Positions 13,020-25,300 of a DNA stretch of 63,894 nt are shown piece after piece (position 1 is the first letter of the stretch; each line of letters opens with the position of its first letter). Origin of the DNA: Rhynchobatus australiae (lineage: Eukaryota). The position numbers were made by a program, and so were the translations under genes. Below the pieces are notes generated by a model. The model saw nothing but the letters and a program-made list of their open reading frames with translations, searched no databases and had not been told where the DNA came from. The stretch lies in the NCBI GenBank assembly GCA_034780895.1, contig JAUZTB010000017.1:27235877-27299770 (forward strand), in the 5' to 3' direction.

Positions 13020-13180
13020 CCACCTATCACTGCTCTGCTTTCCCCTCCTATATATTGGGCTTCCCCTTTTCCTATCTTCAGTCCTGAAGAAGAGTCCTGA
13101 CCTGAAACGTTGACCTCCTGCTTTTCTCCACAGATGCTGCCTGGCCTGCTGAGTTCCTCCAACATCATAGTGTTTTTCAT
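13020..13180 (+). mobile_element. Penelope-like element 3' end (pseudo-LTR)
   Basis: Pyrimidine-rich UTR (cacctatcac...), hammerhead-like core, then cacagatgctgcctggcctgctgagttcctcca, whose reverse complement heads the GIY-YIG element at 34195. The 5' part lies in the N gap. Confidence 0.8.
13079..13114 (+). ncRNA. minimal type I hammerhead ribozyme motif
   Basis: ca-gtc CTGAAGA agagtc ct gacct GAAA cg TT gac: intact CUGANGA and GAAA boxes, imperfect stem II, palindromic AACGTT mini-stem III, gtc/gac stem I. Confidence 0.65.
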
Positions 13181-13548
13181 CTTCAAGTACACTTTTTTTC
13201 TCAGATTGTTTGATTTAAAGGACTATTAAAGCTGATTCCTGGAAAAGTTAAGTGGCTATTCAACCTAATGATAGACAACCTATGGGAGAATATTGGATGC
13301 TGCACAGCATTAACTTAGACCCAATAGGAAGATAAATTGTGCAGTTCTATGTGCCATTCAGTAACATATCTTGTCTGGTGCACTATTGAATATAACTGAA
13401 TAGTGTAAATAGGTGTAACTTAAAGATGCAGTTCAGGATATATGGCACCCAGGATATGTGTGTTTCTCTTTCTAATGTATAAACAATGCAGTACAAAGTA
13501 GTGCATTTGGTCCTTTGAGATTGTGCAAAGACTTACCATAAGACATAA

Positions 13549-13715
13549 TGGGGTGCGAAATTGGGACGAGTAAAGGTGCCGTTTAAGAAGCAAAATGGCA
13601 TTTGATGAGTATGCACATTTAGCACCAAAGGCCATATGGGTGAAGGCATTAAATGAGTCCAGAGGACATGCGCAGATCATGGCACCTTTAAGTGTGCAGT
13701 GATGATTTGGCCCCA
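13549..13715. mobile_element. candidate MITE with imperfect TIRs
   Basis: tggggtgcgaaatt...gatttggcccca termini plus an inner perfect 10-bp inverted pair, taaaggtgcc (13571-13580) and ggcaccttta (13681-13690). No clear TSD. Confidence 0.4.
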
Positions 13716-15000
13716 GCATTCCAAGTTCTAACTCACTGCTCCAACCAATGTTCTCTCAAATCTTTCTGTGGCTGATTAAATGTTGTGCAGAAGGAAAGGT
13801 GCCTATCTGTGGAATGTAAAAGGATCAATAGCTCAAGGGCTCAGTTGCTGGTTGATTTGCTTTTTGTTGTTGCTATGGTTCTACAAATGTTTGTTGTTTT
13901 CTATAGTAGCTTCAAGTTACAGAAGACCTTTTACTGATGTCAGGGCTTCTGCATTATCAATTATTGCAGGATTGGTTTCAATCGTAGTATATCCCTTTTA
14001 ATGCAGTGTGACTGAACCTCTTGAATCCTCAGAAGGATGAGGATCACATTGTAGGTGGCTGCCAATATGACCATACCAGTGAACTTTTAAACGTCTTGCT
14101 CCTTCTAGGCTAGAGTTGGAGGTGTTTGCTTTCTACCATTGCAAAGGGAAGTTAGCAATGACCCTTATAATAATGTCCAGTGATGGTTTGGACATGCAGG
14201 CACACCTGTCTACCTAAATGTAGTTTCTATCGGTTCTTATTACACATTGTCTTCTCCTGAAAGAAAGGATGACGGGCCATATTACATATTTTGTTGTTTT
14301 GGTTTCATCTCTGAATAGCTGGTAGGGTGTCAAAGCTATGGGATATGATTGTAAGTCTTGGAGGTGTGCTGAGTCTATGAAGCATCTGACTCTTGGTCCT
14401 GTGCAATGGAAAGTTCTGGGAGGTGAGTGATGGGTCGTGGTGAATTGTGCACTGTCTTAGGCTACTGATGCATTTGATGGCATACAGGATTTGAAGATCC
14501 ATTCACTGAGTTTGATCACTTATGTAAAGACTTGGAACTTCTGATAACACTGCACCCAGATTCTTGGTGCCTAACTCATGATATTTCATTCTTCATTTGA
14601 TCCCCTCAATATCTTTGAACATGTGTCTGGAGAGCCTCTGGCACTGTTTGGATTCAGAACATCTCTCCTTTGCTTTTCATCTAACAATGTTTCCAGTGCA
14701 GCATCGCTGTCCCATGTTGTGCCATTCCCTGCATGATTGTCAGCCTGTTTTAAATAACAATACATCTTTCTTTATGAGAGGTGCAAACCATCCAGGAGTA
14801 GCGGTACCCATCTTTAACCAGTGCTGATAATATTGGACCCCTGTTGATGTAGACGACCAATCAACAAGGTGGTTAACACTGTCCAGTTGTTGAAATAATT
14901 GGAAGAAGCAGGCAGCACAAAATTGGCATGCTGCCTACTTTGTGAAATGGACACGGGTTATTCTTTTATCATAATCCGACTGAGCTCCCTACCTTAGTCT

Positions 15001-15055
15001 GAATATTTTTTCTATCATTGCTATGGACGAATATTTTTTCTATCATTGCTATGGA
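15001..15055. repeat. perfect 27-bp tandem duplication
   Basis: gaatattttttctatcattgctatgga at 15001-15027 and 15029-15055. Confidence 0.95.
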
Positions 15056-15935
15056 GTTTCTAAGGAAATATATAGAGTGATTGAACTTTTTATCAATTAT
15101 TTCTCCCCCCTCTCATGGGCAGCTGTAGTTATGTTTAAATTTAACTGAGACAGTCACCTCGAAAAGTGTAATGTGTGTTTCAAGTGATTAGATCATGTTT
15201 CAATTCAAACCTAGGCCTGCTGTGAATCAATACTTAAATCAACACACACACTTGAGCTAGTAAAGGCACAGGCTTGATGGGCTTTATGGCCTGTTCTGTT
15301 TTTTTTTCCTGAAATTCTCTGACTTACAATGCACAGTCAACCAGACCAGTTCTGACTGGAACAAAAGAGATTTAAAAGCCATTCAAGTATGCATAATTTT
15401 TAAAGATACTTTAAAAGTTAACAAATGTAAAAAATAAATTAAGATATTAATCAGGTAATATTCACCGTTTCTGTTTGTCAGCATGTTATAATTGTCATGA
15501 TACGTACATTGTAGAGCACAGTGGAGGTCAGAGATCAGTTTGCAGCAGGCTGGAATTCAGAGCTTGCAACATCTAATAAAAGAATGCTCCTTCTACCCAG
15601 CAGAAGTGCTATTCTGTTGCTGAATTTTACATTTCATTCAAATTTCTTTCCTTCTTTTCTGAGACACTGACTCATGCTGAGGCCCATTGGTAGCCCTCTG
15701 TTTGTCTATATGAGATTAGATCGATATAACAGTTCCTAATCTTCCTCAAAAGGAGAAAATTCACATGGATTGTTCAACATCAGAAGGGGTGAAAATGTTG
15801 TTGCCGACGCCACTGGTGAGTTCAGTTTTGCCTTATGGTCTGTAGCTTTTGGCACCTTATGTCAAACAGTATGAGGTAAGTTTTTCTGAGGTCAGTGTGC
15901 CTTGGAGAGACTTTGCAGTGGAGCAGTAAAATGAA

Positions 15936-16155
15936 GATACAAGAGACTGCAAATGCTGGAACCTGCAGCAAAAACAAACTGCTGGAGGAGCTCAGCAGGT
16001 CGAGCTGCATCTGTGGGAGAGAAGGTGCCTTGATGGAGGATCTGGACCTGAAACATAGACAATTCTTTTCCCTCCACAGCTGCTGATCGACCCACTGAGC
16101 TCCTTCAGCAGTTTGTTTTTTGCTCCAGGTTGCAGCGTCTGCAGTCTCTTGTGTC
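15936..16155. mobile_element. palindromic Penelope-derived mini-element
   Basis: About 80-bp inverted arms (gatacaagagactgcaaatgctgga...catctgtgg / ccacagctgct...gcagtctcttgtgtc) around a degenerate hammerhead core (tgatggaggatctggacctgaaacatagac). Confidence 0.8.
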
Positions 16156-16734
16156 TCTCTAAGATAAATCATTTACCATTCAGAAAAGGATATTTTGGGG
16201 CTTAGAACATTGAAATTAGAAGAGGACACCAGCATTGAATTTACTTTTGTTAAGACAAAGCAATGATATGAAATATGACACAGATCTTTTAGAATAAGAT
16301 TGAAATAGTAAATGCTGAATATGATTCAATGTATATTAACAAGGTTAAAATATGATTGGCGATTGATTAACCTCATTTCACAACGGGACTGTGAGTGCTT
16401 GAAATGGAGTATCATAAAAAGTATTTAAGTCATTGTTAACTTATAAATTTAGGAACAAAACCTCTCCTGTCTAGTCTACATTTGACCAAACACATGGCGA
16501 CCTAAGTGACTCCTAACTGCCTTCCCAGATGGGCTCGAAAGATACTTGCAAGTGTGAGAGGAAAGAAAGGCTTCAATTTATGTTGTACCTTTCATAACCT
16601 AAAGATATCTTTACAGGTAACTGAGGACTTGTTTTTGATGCCCCTACCATGAAAAAAAGATTTTGACTATCTACTCTAGCTACACCACCCATAATCTTAT
16701 GCACATGGGAACTCCATTGCCTGTGTGTTTTCCT

Positions 16735-16960
16735 CCAAGCTGCAGACCATCCTAACTTGGAAATATACTGTATCACTGTCCCTTCATTGTCACTGGGTCT
16801 AAATCTTGGAACTCCCTATTCAACAATATTGCAGGAATATTTCACCAGAAGGACTGCAGCAGTTCAAGAAAATGGATCCCACTACCTTCTCAAAGGGACT
16901 TAGTGCAGAGCAAAATTTCCAGTTTTCCAGTAACATCCTGATCTCAACTAAGGAAATAAA
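16735..16960 (+). mobile_element. L2/CR1-clade LINE 3' fragment
   Basis: ccttcattgtcactgggtctaaatcttggaactcccta (FIVTGSKSWNSL)...ggactgcagcagttcaagaa, the same family as 62285-63190. Confidence 0.7.
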
Positions 16961-17616
16961 TGGAAAAAAATAGATGGCATCAACTTGACAAAGAAATTAA
17001 GATCTGATATTACTTCTTGTCTGGAGTGTCATAAGATGGAGTATTTGTCAATAATTATACATTAAAGCTGAACTAAATCAGAAAGGACATGTAAGGCTAA
17101 AAAATAGGCATTTCTGTTGATTGGGTTAAGTCAGTGGGAAGAGGCTGGGGTAAATTTTGACAACTATGAAGCAGCAAGTACTGTCCTAACATGTAATTAA
17201 TAAAAAAAACAATCCACAATGCTATTTATGTCAATAGGAACAACAGAAACAGAATACAAACAAAGTTACTTGAAAAACAAGAGGCAGTATCTGGAATGTG
17301 ATTTAAGCATAGCACAGACTGGAAAAAGTGGTTTGGAAAGGTGTAGGTCGAGAATTCTTTCACTTAGAATAAAATATTTGTGCTAGTGATAGAACTTCAT
17401 CTGAAATTTAATTGCAGTGCAGAATCAAATACTTACCTCGCCTGTCATGAAGATGACATTTAGATTCTTGATTCTTTGTGTGTTTGATGTGCCAATGCGT
17501 AGAAAGCACCTGAACCTGCACATAACATCCAGGGGCATGCAATGGATACTACCTGTAAAATTCACTTATGGATGCATGGCCTTTGGATGGTATGGGGCAC
17601 ACATGTAGATGAACGT

Positions 17617-17813
17617 GAGACACGAGACAGCAGATGCTGGAAACTGGAGCAAAAATCAAACTGCCGAAGGAGCTCAAGCGGGCCTAGCAGCATCTGTGGA
17701 GGCGAAAAGACGGTGGACATTTCGAGTTAAAATCCTGCACTGAAACTCAATGATGCAAGGTCTCGACCAGAAGTGTCGGNNNNNNNNNTTGCCTTCACAG
17801 ATGCTGCTTGAGC
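17617..17813. mobile_element. palindromic Penelope-derived mini-element (right arm truncated)
   Basis: The left arm is homologous to 15936-16015. Two degenerate opposing hammerhead-like cores follow (gacatttcgagttaaaatcctgca; tgatgcaaggtctcgaccagaagtgtc), then cacagatgctgcttga. Confidence 0.7.
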
Positions 17814-19489
17814 GAAGCCTGCGTTAGTAATAGAGGATCTGTCTCAGCTGTCCATGGGGTCTGGTGCTGGGAACTAGCTGCGGGGTAGGTACCCGCTAAG
17901 TTTAAAATGTGTTGGTAGTGGATTGGCGCCCCTATTAGGTTTGGAGGAATGGACCTCCATTGGACGGTTGCAGCAAGAATTCCGTACAATGGGTTCCTTC
18001 GTTTTCCACCTAATCACAGTCCACATCTGCTATGGATCTTGAATGCAACATCCGCCAATTTATGCAATACCGGCCCCACCTCCAGCAGTCGATGTGCCAA
18101 GCCATCCTCAGGATTCCAATTTTCAATCTCATCCCGTGACCCCAGGCCATTCCCATCCACAGCCTCCAACTCATGCCTCAGTACCATGACCCCACCCTGT
18201 TTTGTTAGACATGCAAGATCTGTCCTATTTCAATGGTGGTCTGGACCTTGTGTGTACTAGAAATTTGTAAAGGTGGTTGGTAATTTTAAACATGCATTGG
18301 CCCACTGTATATTGTGTGTTTAGCATAGCTTTCCCGGAGCAGAAGAATTTCTAATGCATAGTGTCTAATCCTTAATACAAGATAAGGATGAATTGATCAT
18401 TGCAGACTTCAGTACACTTTGTTTTCGAACTAAGACGGACAATTGGCTGTTGTTTCCTTCCAAATAGATAAGGAATACTTCTTTTTGACTAATCTAATTT
18501 AATCTAATTATTTACCATTATTTGCTTTGTGTTCTTTGTGAATGTAATGTCTAATTCTTTTAATGATCTGGGGATTGATGGTTTTTGAGCTTAATAATGT
18601 CATTTTAAGAATATTGTAGAGAACAAATAGGAGCTTGCAAGAGGAGTGCAGCACGTGCATTAAAAATACTGATTACTTAAGACTTTTGATGTACAGCATG
18701 TAGTGACATGTGTAGTCTACTTAAGTGAAGAGTTTGTGTCACATTGTGGTTGTGGAACGAGAATAATAAAAAAAGTTATTAGCAAACAGAATAGTATCAA
18801 TTTTGGTCTTAGCTTCTGAGCTAGACCGAGTTGAAGACAGTTAAAGAGAAAGTATAATGTGCTAAGCTCTCAAAATCATGAATATTATATCAGGTAGCAC
18901 CCTGCAGGTAGGCTATTTGGCCAAGCTACCATACCTGCCAGTTTATGGTCTTCGTGTTCTGTACTAAGAGGCCAATCTTTGAACATGGTAGCAGAAAATC
19001 TAGGCCTTNNNNNNNNNNNNNNNNNNNNNNNNNNNNNNNNNNNNNNNNNNNNNNNNNNNNNNNNNNNNNNNNNNNNNNNNNNNNNNNNNNNNNNNNNNNN
19101 NNNNNNNNNNNNNNNNNNNNNNNNNNNNNNNNNNNNNNNNNNNNNNNNNNNNNNNNNNNNNNNNNNNNNNNNNNNNNNNNNNNNNNGGGTCAGGCATTTT
19201 TCCTGATAGCATTTTATGACAGGGACCACAGCTCAATAAAGTACACTTCCTTTTTTTATAGTGTCGAATGAGCCAGGCCATTCATTTATGTAAGGGAAGT
19301 TTTCTTAATTGTTAGTTGGATACTGATGCCTTAAAATTTCCCCTTTCATTTTCTGTTACTTCTTTGCCTTCACAATGCCTGCACAGCTACCAGTGAGATG
19401 GCCTCGGTGCCTCTCATTTGGTATAAGTCTGCTTAAAAAGATGCCTGAGAGTGTCAGGACGCTATACTGAATCACCCTTCCCCACCCCA

Positions 19490-19685
19490 CAACACACCAC
19501 TTGTCCACCTGCACTGCCGTTTCTCTGTAACTGTAACACAATATTCTGCATTCTGGTTATTGCTTTTCCTTTTGTACTACATCAATGTACTTATATTTGG
19601 AACGATCTGTCTGGATGCCATGCAAAACAGGGACTTTCAATGTATCTCGGTACATGTGACAATAATAAATCAGTTACCAAATTCT
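19490..19685 (+). mobile_element. Rex1/Babar-type LINE 3' UTR
   Basis: tgtccacctgcactgccgtttctctgtaactgtaacac...tgtatctcggtacatgtgacaataataaa, paralogous to 28490-28684. Family assignment is by recognition. Confidence 0.6.
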
Positions 19686-19749
19686 ACCATATTTTCCCCA
19701 TCCTTTTTTTTGGAAGGGAATCTGACTCAGCGCACCACTCCACTTGCTT

Positions 19750-20195
19750 CTAGATGGTAGCACTTCCAGAAATTAAGTCTGAAAGACATGGGTTCAAGTC
19801 CCACTCAAAGCAGTCAATGTAAATTCTAGTTTGGCATTCCAGTGCTGTGGCAAAGAAGTGATACAGTTTGGAGGTCAACCTTGAGGGGAAGTATTACACT
19901 GAAGCCCTGTCTCTCCTGTCAGGTGGACATGAAAAATAACACTATTTAATAAAACTTCTTAAGGACATCAGGGAAATTCGTCCTGTTGCACCAGCCAATA
20001 TTTAATTCTCAACCAACCAATGATCTGGTCATAATTTCATGGCAATTTGTTGGGTCTTGCTGTGCACAACTAAACTACTTTGTTTCTCACTTAATAACAT
20101 TGACTACACTTCAGAAGCACCTGGTGAGCTGCAGTCCTTTCGGACATCTTGAGGTTGTGGGAGGTGCTATATACTGTAAATGCAACTCATTTTTC
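19750..20195 (+). mobile_element. DeuSINE (SacSINE1-like), near full length
   Basis: B box gggttcaagtcccact. Deu-domain-like ccctgtctctcctgtcaggtggac...gccaatattta...tgatctggtcat...tcttgctgtgcacaa. L2-like tail gaggttgtgggaggtgctatatac...aaatgcaa. Confidence 0.75.
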
Positions 20196-20227
20196 TTAAG
20201 GTTTCTTATGAAACAGGGTGGTGAAAT

Positions 20228-20323
20228 AGAACAGGAAGCGTCAAAAATACTCAGTGGGTCAGGCAGGTTTTGAGACAAGAGAAACAGTTAATATTTCAGG
20301 TGACTTACCTTTCATCAGAATAG
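20228..20323 (-). mobile_element. Penelope-like 3' end fragment with hammerhead core
   Basis: The minus strand reads att CTGATGA a aggt aagtc acct GAAA ta TT aactgtttc followed by cctgcctgacccactgagt. Core boxes are intact. Confidence 0.65.
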
Positions 20324-20923
20324 TGAGTTGTTAGTTGAGAAAAGAGAAGCAAGTGAGGTGGTTATACTAGCTGAATCCTGAACTGGGTGTTTCTGACAGT
20401 GAGAGATTGTCAAACAAATCATTTGTCAGTAATGCATAAGCTCTCAGACTATGATTTACTGACTAATAAATACTCTCTGCAAAAGATGCCTCTTAGTGAA
20501 AATGCTGTTACAAAATCACTNNNNNNNNNNNNNNNNNNNNNNNNNNNNNNNNNNNNNNNNNNNNNNNNNNNNNNNNNNNNNNNNNNNNNNNNNNNNNNNN
20601 NNNNNNNNNNNNNNNNNNNNNNNNNNNNNNNNNNNNNNNNNNNNNNNNNNNNNNNNNNNNNNNNNNNNNNNNNNNNNNNNNNNNNNNNNNNNNNNNNNNN
20701 NNNNNNNNNNNNNNNNNNNNNNNNNNNNNNNNNNNNNNNNNNNNNNNNNNNNNNNNNNNNNNNNNNNNNNNNNNNNNNNNNNNNNNNNNNNNNNNNNNNN
20801 NNNNNNNNNNNNNNNNNNNNNNNNNNNNNNNNNNNNNNNNNNNNNNNNNNNNNNNNNNNNNNNNNNNNNNNNNNNNNNNNNNNNNNNNNNNNNNNNNNNN
20901 NNNNNNNNNNNNNNNNNNNNNNN

Positions 20924-21011
20924 CTGCCCCCAGAACACTCTAAGCAAAAGATGCATTTCACTGTGTGTTTCGATGTACATGTGACTAATAAAGATATCTT
21001 ATCTTATCTTA
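20924..21011 (+). mobile_element. 3' tail of V-core/Rex1-tail SINE
   Basis: ccccagaacactctaagcaaaagatgcatttcactgtgtgtttcgatgtacatgtgactaataaagat(atctt)3, a paralog of 8145-8237. The head is presumably in the preceding gap. Confidence 0.8.
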
Positions 21012-21819
21012 GGTCCTCTGTGAAGTTTTGAAGATAGGATCTAGGTCCTTCTTGTGTCTGATGAGCATCCATGTGATGTCACTTCATGCATAATGCTTGT
21101 TTTGATGTCAGACACCAAATTCTCTTTGCATCTGAGGCCTATAAGTTGTTCAGGTCCCTCAGACAGCATTAGGCCTTAACAACGCATGTTTTGGAACTGT
21201 CAAAGATAACTAGTTTCATTTGGTCTGCAAGAGCGAAGAGTCTTTGACCTGCTGTGGGTAGCTAGTCCTTGGTGTTCACTCCTACTCCATCCTCCCTCAC
21301 TACGATGTCACTCAGGTTCCCCCTTGCATGTGCAGCCCTGATGTCCCTTCCCTTAATTCCCCTTCACCTGATATTATCCCTTTCCTTAATGCCCCAACAA
21401 CTCCATGATTCTCAACCCACAGGCCACCTGCAGGATAGAATATTACTGTCTGGGAACCTTATTAAAAACTGGTGTGGTTTTCTCATGCTTTGATGGCATC
21501 TTTTCACATGTTAGTGAATTACTAGCCTCTTCATTTTTCAGGGCTAGGTTGGAAAAACTATGGCAGGCAAAATTATGTAAGGCAGGTGAAGTCCTGTTTA
21601 AGATTGAATTTGGAAGTTGCTACTGCATGACCAAAATGGAAAGATTGGTCAAAACATCCAGTGCTGCTTCTTAAATGGGCACCCCATATTTTTGATTAGG
21701 TGACTGTTGATCATGCCTGTCAAATGGCCAAGTGACAAATAACAGAAAAAAAGAGTAATTGCTGAAACTTTATAGGTATCATTTATTCACAACTCGGACG
21801 TCTCAACTGGGTCATTAAT

Positions 21820-22317
21820 GATCATCTCCCAAGATACCAACTAATTGATTCGTACTCCATCAAACCCTCTACTAATGGCACCTGGTTGCCGTAATGTGTA
21901 CACTGCAATTCCACAGCTAGGATACTGCGACAGCACTCCCCAAACCTGCAAACTCTACCACCAAGAAGGACAAGGGCAGCAGGTGCATGGGAGTCACAAG
22001 AGATTCTGCGGATGCTGGAATCTGCAGCAACACACATGGAATGCTGGAGAAACTCAGCAGGTCAGGCAGCATCTATGCAAGGAAATAAACATTCACCGTT
22101 TTGGGTCGAGATCTTTTATCATGGGAGTACCATCACCTACAGTCTTCCCTCCATGTTGCACACCATCCTAATTTGGAAGCATATCACTGGTTTTCATTAT
22201 CAGTGGATCTAAATACTGGAATTTACTACTCGGCAGCACTGTTGGAGTAACTTCACCAGAAAGATCTCAGTGGTTTAAGAAAGTGACTTACCTCCTGCTT
22301 CTTAGAAGCCAGTGGTG
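21820..22317 (+). mobile_element. L2/CR1-clade LINE 3' fragment interrupted by a Penelope-derived insert
   Basis: cagcactccccaaacctgcaaactctaccaccaagaaggacaagggcagcaggtgcatggga resumes as gtaccatcacctacag...ggatctaaatactggaat after the insert. Confidence 0.75.
21995..22119 (-). mobile_element. Penelope-like 3' end insert with 9-bp TSD
   Basis: cacaagagattctgcggatgctggaatct...gaaactcagcaggtcaggcagcatc...cgttttgggtcgagatcttttatca, flanked by catgggagt at 21986-21994 and 22120-22128. Confidence 0.85.
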
Positions 22318-25300
22318 NNNNNNNNNNNNNNNNNNNNNNNNNNNNNNNNNNNNNNNNNNNNNNNNNNNNNNNNNNNNNNNNNNNNNNNNNNNNNNNNNNN
22401 NNNNNNNNNNNNNNNNNNNNNNNNNNNNNNNNNNNNNNNNNNNNNNNNNNNNNNNNNNNNNNNNNNNNNNNNNNNNNNNNNNNNNNNNNNNNNNNNNNNN
22501 NNNNNNNNNNNNNNNNNNNNNNNNNNNNNNNNNNNNNNNNNNNNNNNNNNNNNNNNNNNNNNNNNAACTCTATTAGCTTCTGTCTTCAGAATGCTCATGT
22601 ACTAAAGCGTGACTTTCCTCAATTAATGCTAAATTGAGCCTTTCAGTTATATCTCTGCATTTTAATTTAAGCAGAGTAATGTAATTACTGATTAAGTGGG
22701 AGCAAGCACCTTTAACAATGGAAAATCTATAGTTTGATAGGGAGCCTAGAAGATCAGCTTATTATTTTCATAGGTACTTTAATTGGTAATTGGGTACAAT
22801 AAATCCCAAAGTATCTGTTACATAAACAAGTAAGCTCAGGATTTGATACTTATGTCTTTTTTTTTCATGAGGCTCGGGTTGCCAATCTTCCATCATTCAC
22901 TTGGTGTCTTTGAAGAAACTGAAGATCATGTTCTTGTACCCAGCAATGAATAACCTGGGAGATATGTCAATTACCTTCTGTGTGTTTTTTGAACACCTCT
23001 ACTTATTAGTGTTGATATTGGTGATGTGACTGAAGGCTGTTTGGGTGGTTAGAAGTGGGAGGTAATAACCCTGGGAGCAGGTTCAAGCTGAGTCACCCAC
23101 TGACCCTGTTAACACCATTACCGCATGCACTAGGCCTTTTATTTTTCTCAGCATATGATGGCTTTGGTATGAGTTATCTCCTGGTTAAGGTATGACAACA
23201 CAAATCACCAATGCAGTGAATGCCAGAACAGTCATTGAAATATTCAATGTACTCCACATCAGTTTAAATTGCACACAGTCTCTCCTTAGGTTTTGTTATA
23301 TAATATTTTTCTGATGTGTAGTGTACAGGTTTTTCTGGTTTTGATCTATGCAGTCCTGCTGAAGTGTAACACTTGTGCTTTTTGTATCATTTACAATTAA
23401 AAAAAACTCTGCCAATTTTCCATGGAACAACCACCCTTTAAATTTTATGGTTTTGCAGTTTTTCAGAATTTTTGTTCAGCCTTTGTTCAGCCTTTCAGAA
23501 TTAATATGATGTGAACTAATTGTTGAGTTTCAGGCTAACTGGTTAAGCTGCTCAAATAGTACAAAGATTGAGATTAGTAGATTTCTTTGAAAAAGAAATA
23601 TGGAACAGAGAATTTCTTGTTATTCTTTGAATAGTTGCTTGATATCTAATGTAATGAACCTACTACAAAAGGCAAGTGGGGTCTTAAGTCGACATCTTGA
23701 ACATATAGATATCTGACAAATTGGCAGATTTTCCTGAGCAGTGTGATGTCACATTTCAACTAGGCATTTGCTTACTTGGACAACTAGGGCCAAAGTGGCC
23801 CCCATAATGGTGTAAAGACTTCATGAAAATAACCCACTTTGCTTTGTATTAATGAAATCTTCAGCCAGCACATTTATGCAGCTGCCAATCTAAGGACATA
23901 GAACCTTGTCTCATTCATTCAAATGTTTATAATCCTGGGCAGCATGAAGAATACAATTCTCCAGCTCCTGAAAATCTTACTTTGTCATTGTTACAGTGGT
24001 GGTTTGCAACATGTGGAGATTTTAAGTTCTCCATCCAGTAAACAGCACATAATAATGCAACAGCCCTCCAATATTACACTATAATATTTAGCTAGGTACT
24101 GAATACTTGAACTGTTGTATTCCTTCTGACACAGAGGTAAAAACTGTATGAACTGTATGTTACTGTGCAAATAGTCAACCACTGAAAGGATAATTGGGGC
24201 TGCAATTAGAGGCAATCACCAGTAGATAGAGAAGATAAGTAATTATATTATAGAAGTGCTCTCTAAAAGGTTGACTTCTGCTCCAGGTGCTGTACAGTTG
24301 GCATTGTTTAAATAGTGGGGCAGTTTGTACAGCCGTTGATATCATTTACGCTACTGTTTTAAGGCTGGTCAATGGCAATATCTTTCAAGTAGCAGGAGAA
24401 AGCTCTTATGGGCCAATAATTCCATAAGCTCTTCCCTGACCTTCAAAGACTGACATGTATACAGACCAAGAGACAGAATCATTGCAAATGTTGATTTACA
24501 TGGGTGTGCCTTCTATCCTGTGTCTGATTGCTGGGAATCAGGAAGATTTTTATTGCACAAACATATCTCGTGAAAACTGCTCAGAAAGGGCAGATCTGTT
24601 TGGACTTGTGCTTCTGTAAAGTTCTGCTCCGGCTGCTCAGGTGAATGGAGTGGCTTTGATCATCATCATACCTCACAAAGCTTAGTGGTCATGTTTTCTT
24701 TATGTCGTTCCATTCTATTTTGCAACATCCTCACTGATGAAATTGCTGCGATTTTCTGCTGTAAAACTGTTTGTGATTTTGTTTATCATACTGACCTATA
24801 AAGCAATAAAGGGCATACTGACCAACTCAGGAATATGATAATACTGTATACTTGCTGCTGACGCTTCTAAATGTAATGTTCTCCAGAGAGAAATTCCAGC
24901 CCTTTGCATGGATTTTCCTAGTTCTGAATATCTCTAATTATACTTTGTATCACCACAAGCAATAATCATACAGTACTGACATATTTTTGGTAAGCACTTT
25001 TCTATAAAGATCCTTTTCTTTCCCTCTTTACAACGTAAAGGAAATTTGACAGTCTTCTAGCCCAGTAAGGCACATGTTTCAGAAAGTATTCCAATTGCTC
25101 TTTTCAAAGTCCAAAATGAACACCAATCCCAAAAAGATTAATTGAATCAGCAATTGTTTTTGGCAAAGGAAATTTGCTGTGGCTGTGGACTGTGTTAATG
25201 GAAAAGGCGGCAGTGGAAAACAGGATTTCCTGTGGATGCAGCTTTGATAAGCTCCCAAGCAGCAGTTTCAGCACAAGCTGGCTGGTGCAGATTCTGATAA

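Noticed and set aside
12301-13192. Long ORFs (199-240 aa) here, and similar ORFs at 20387-21031, 22283-22605 and 39802-40302
   Set aside because: Their length comes from N-runs translated as X; they are artefacts.
17437-17515. Minus-strand 79-nt exon candidate with GAG|gtaagt donor
   Set aside because: Poor polypyrimidine tract and unrecognisable peptides; compatible with chance.
17820-18260. Relatively CpG-rich segment with 64-103 aa ORFs
   Set aside because: No recognisable domain, termini or splice structure; left unassigned.
19387-19420. Possible exon after a pyrimidine tract encoding MASVPLI
   Set aside because: Weak donor (gtataa), no recognisable protein and no partner exons.
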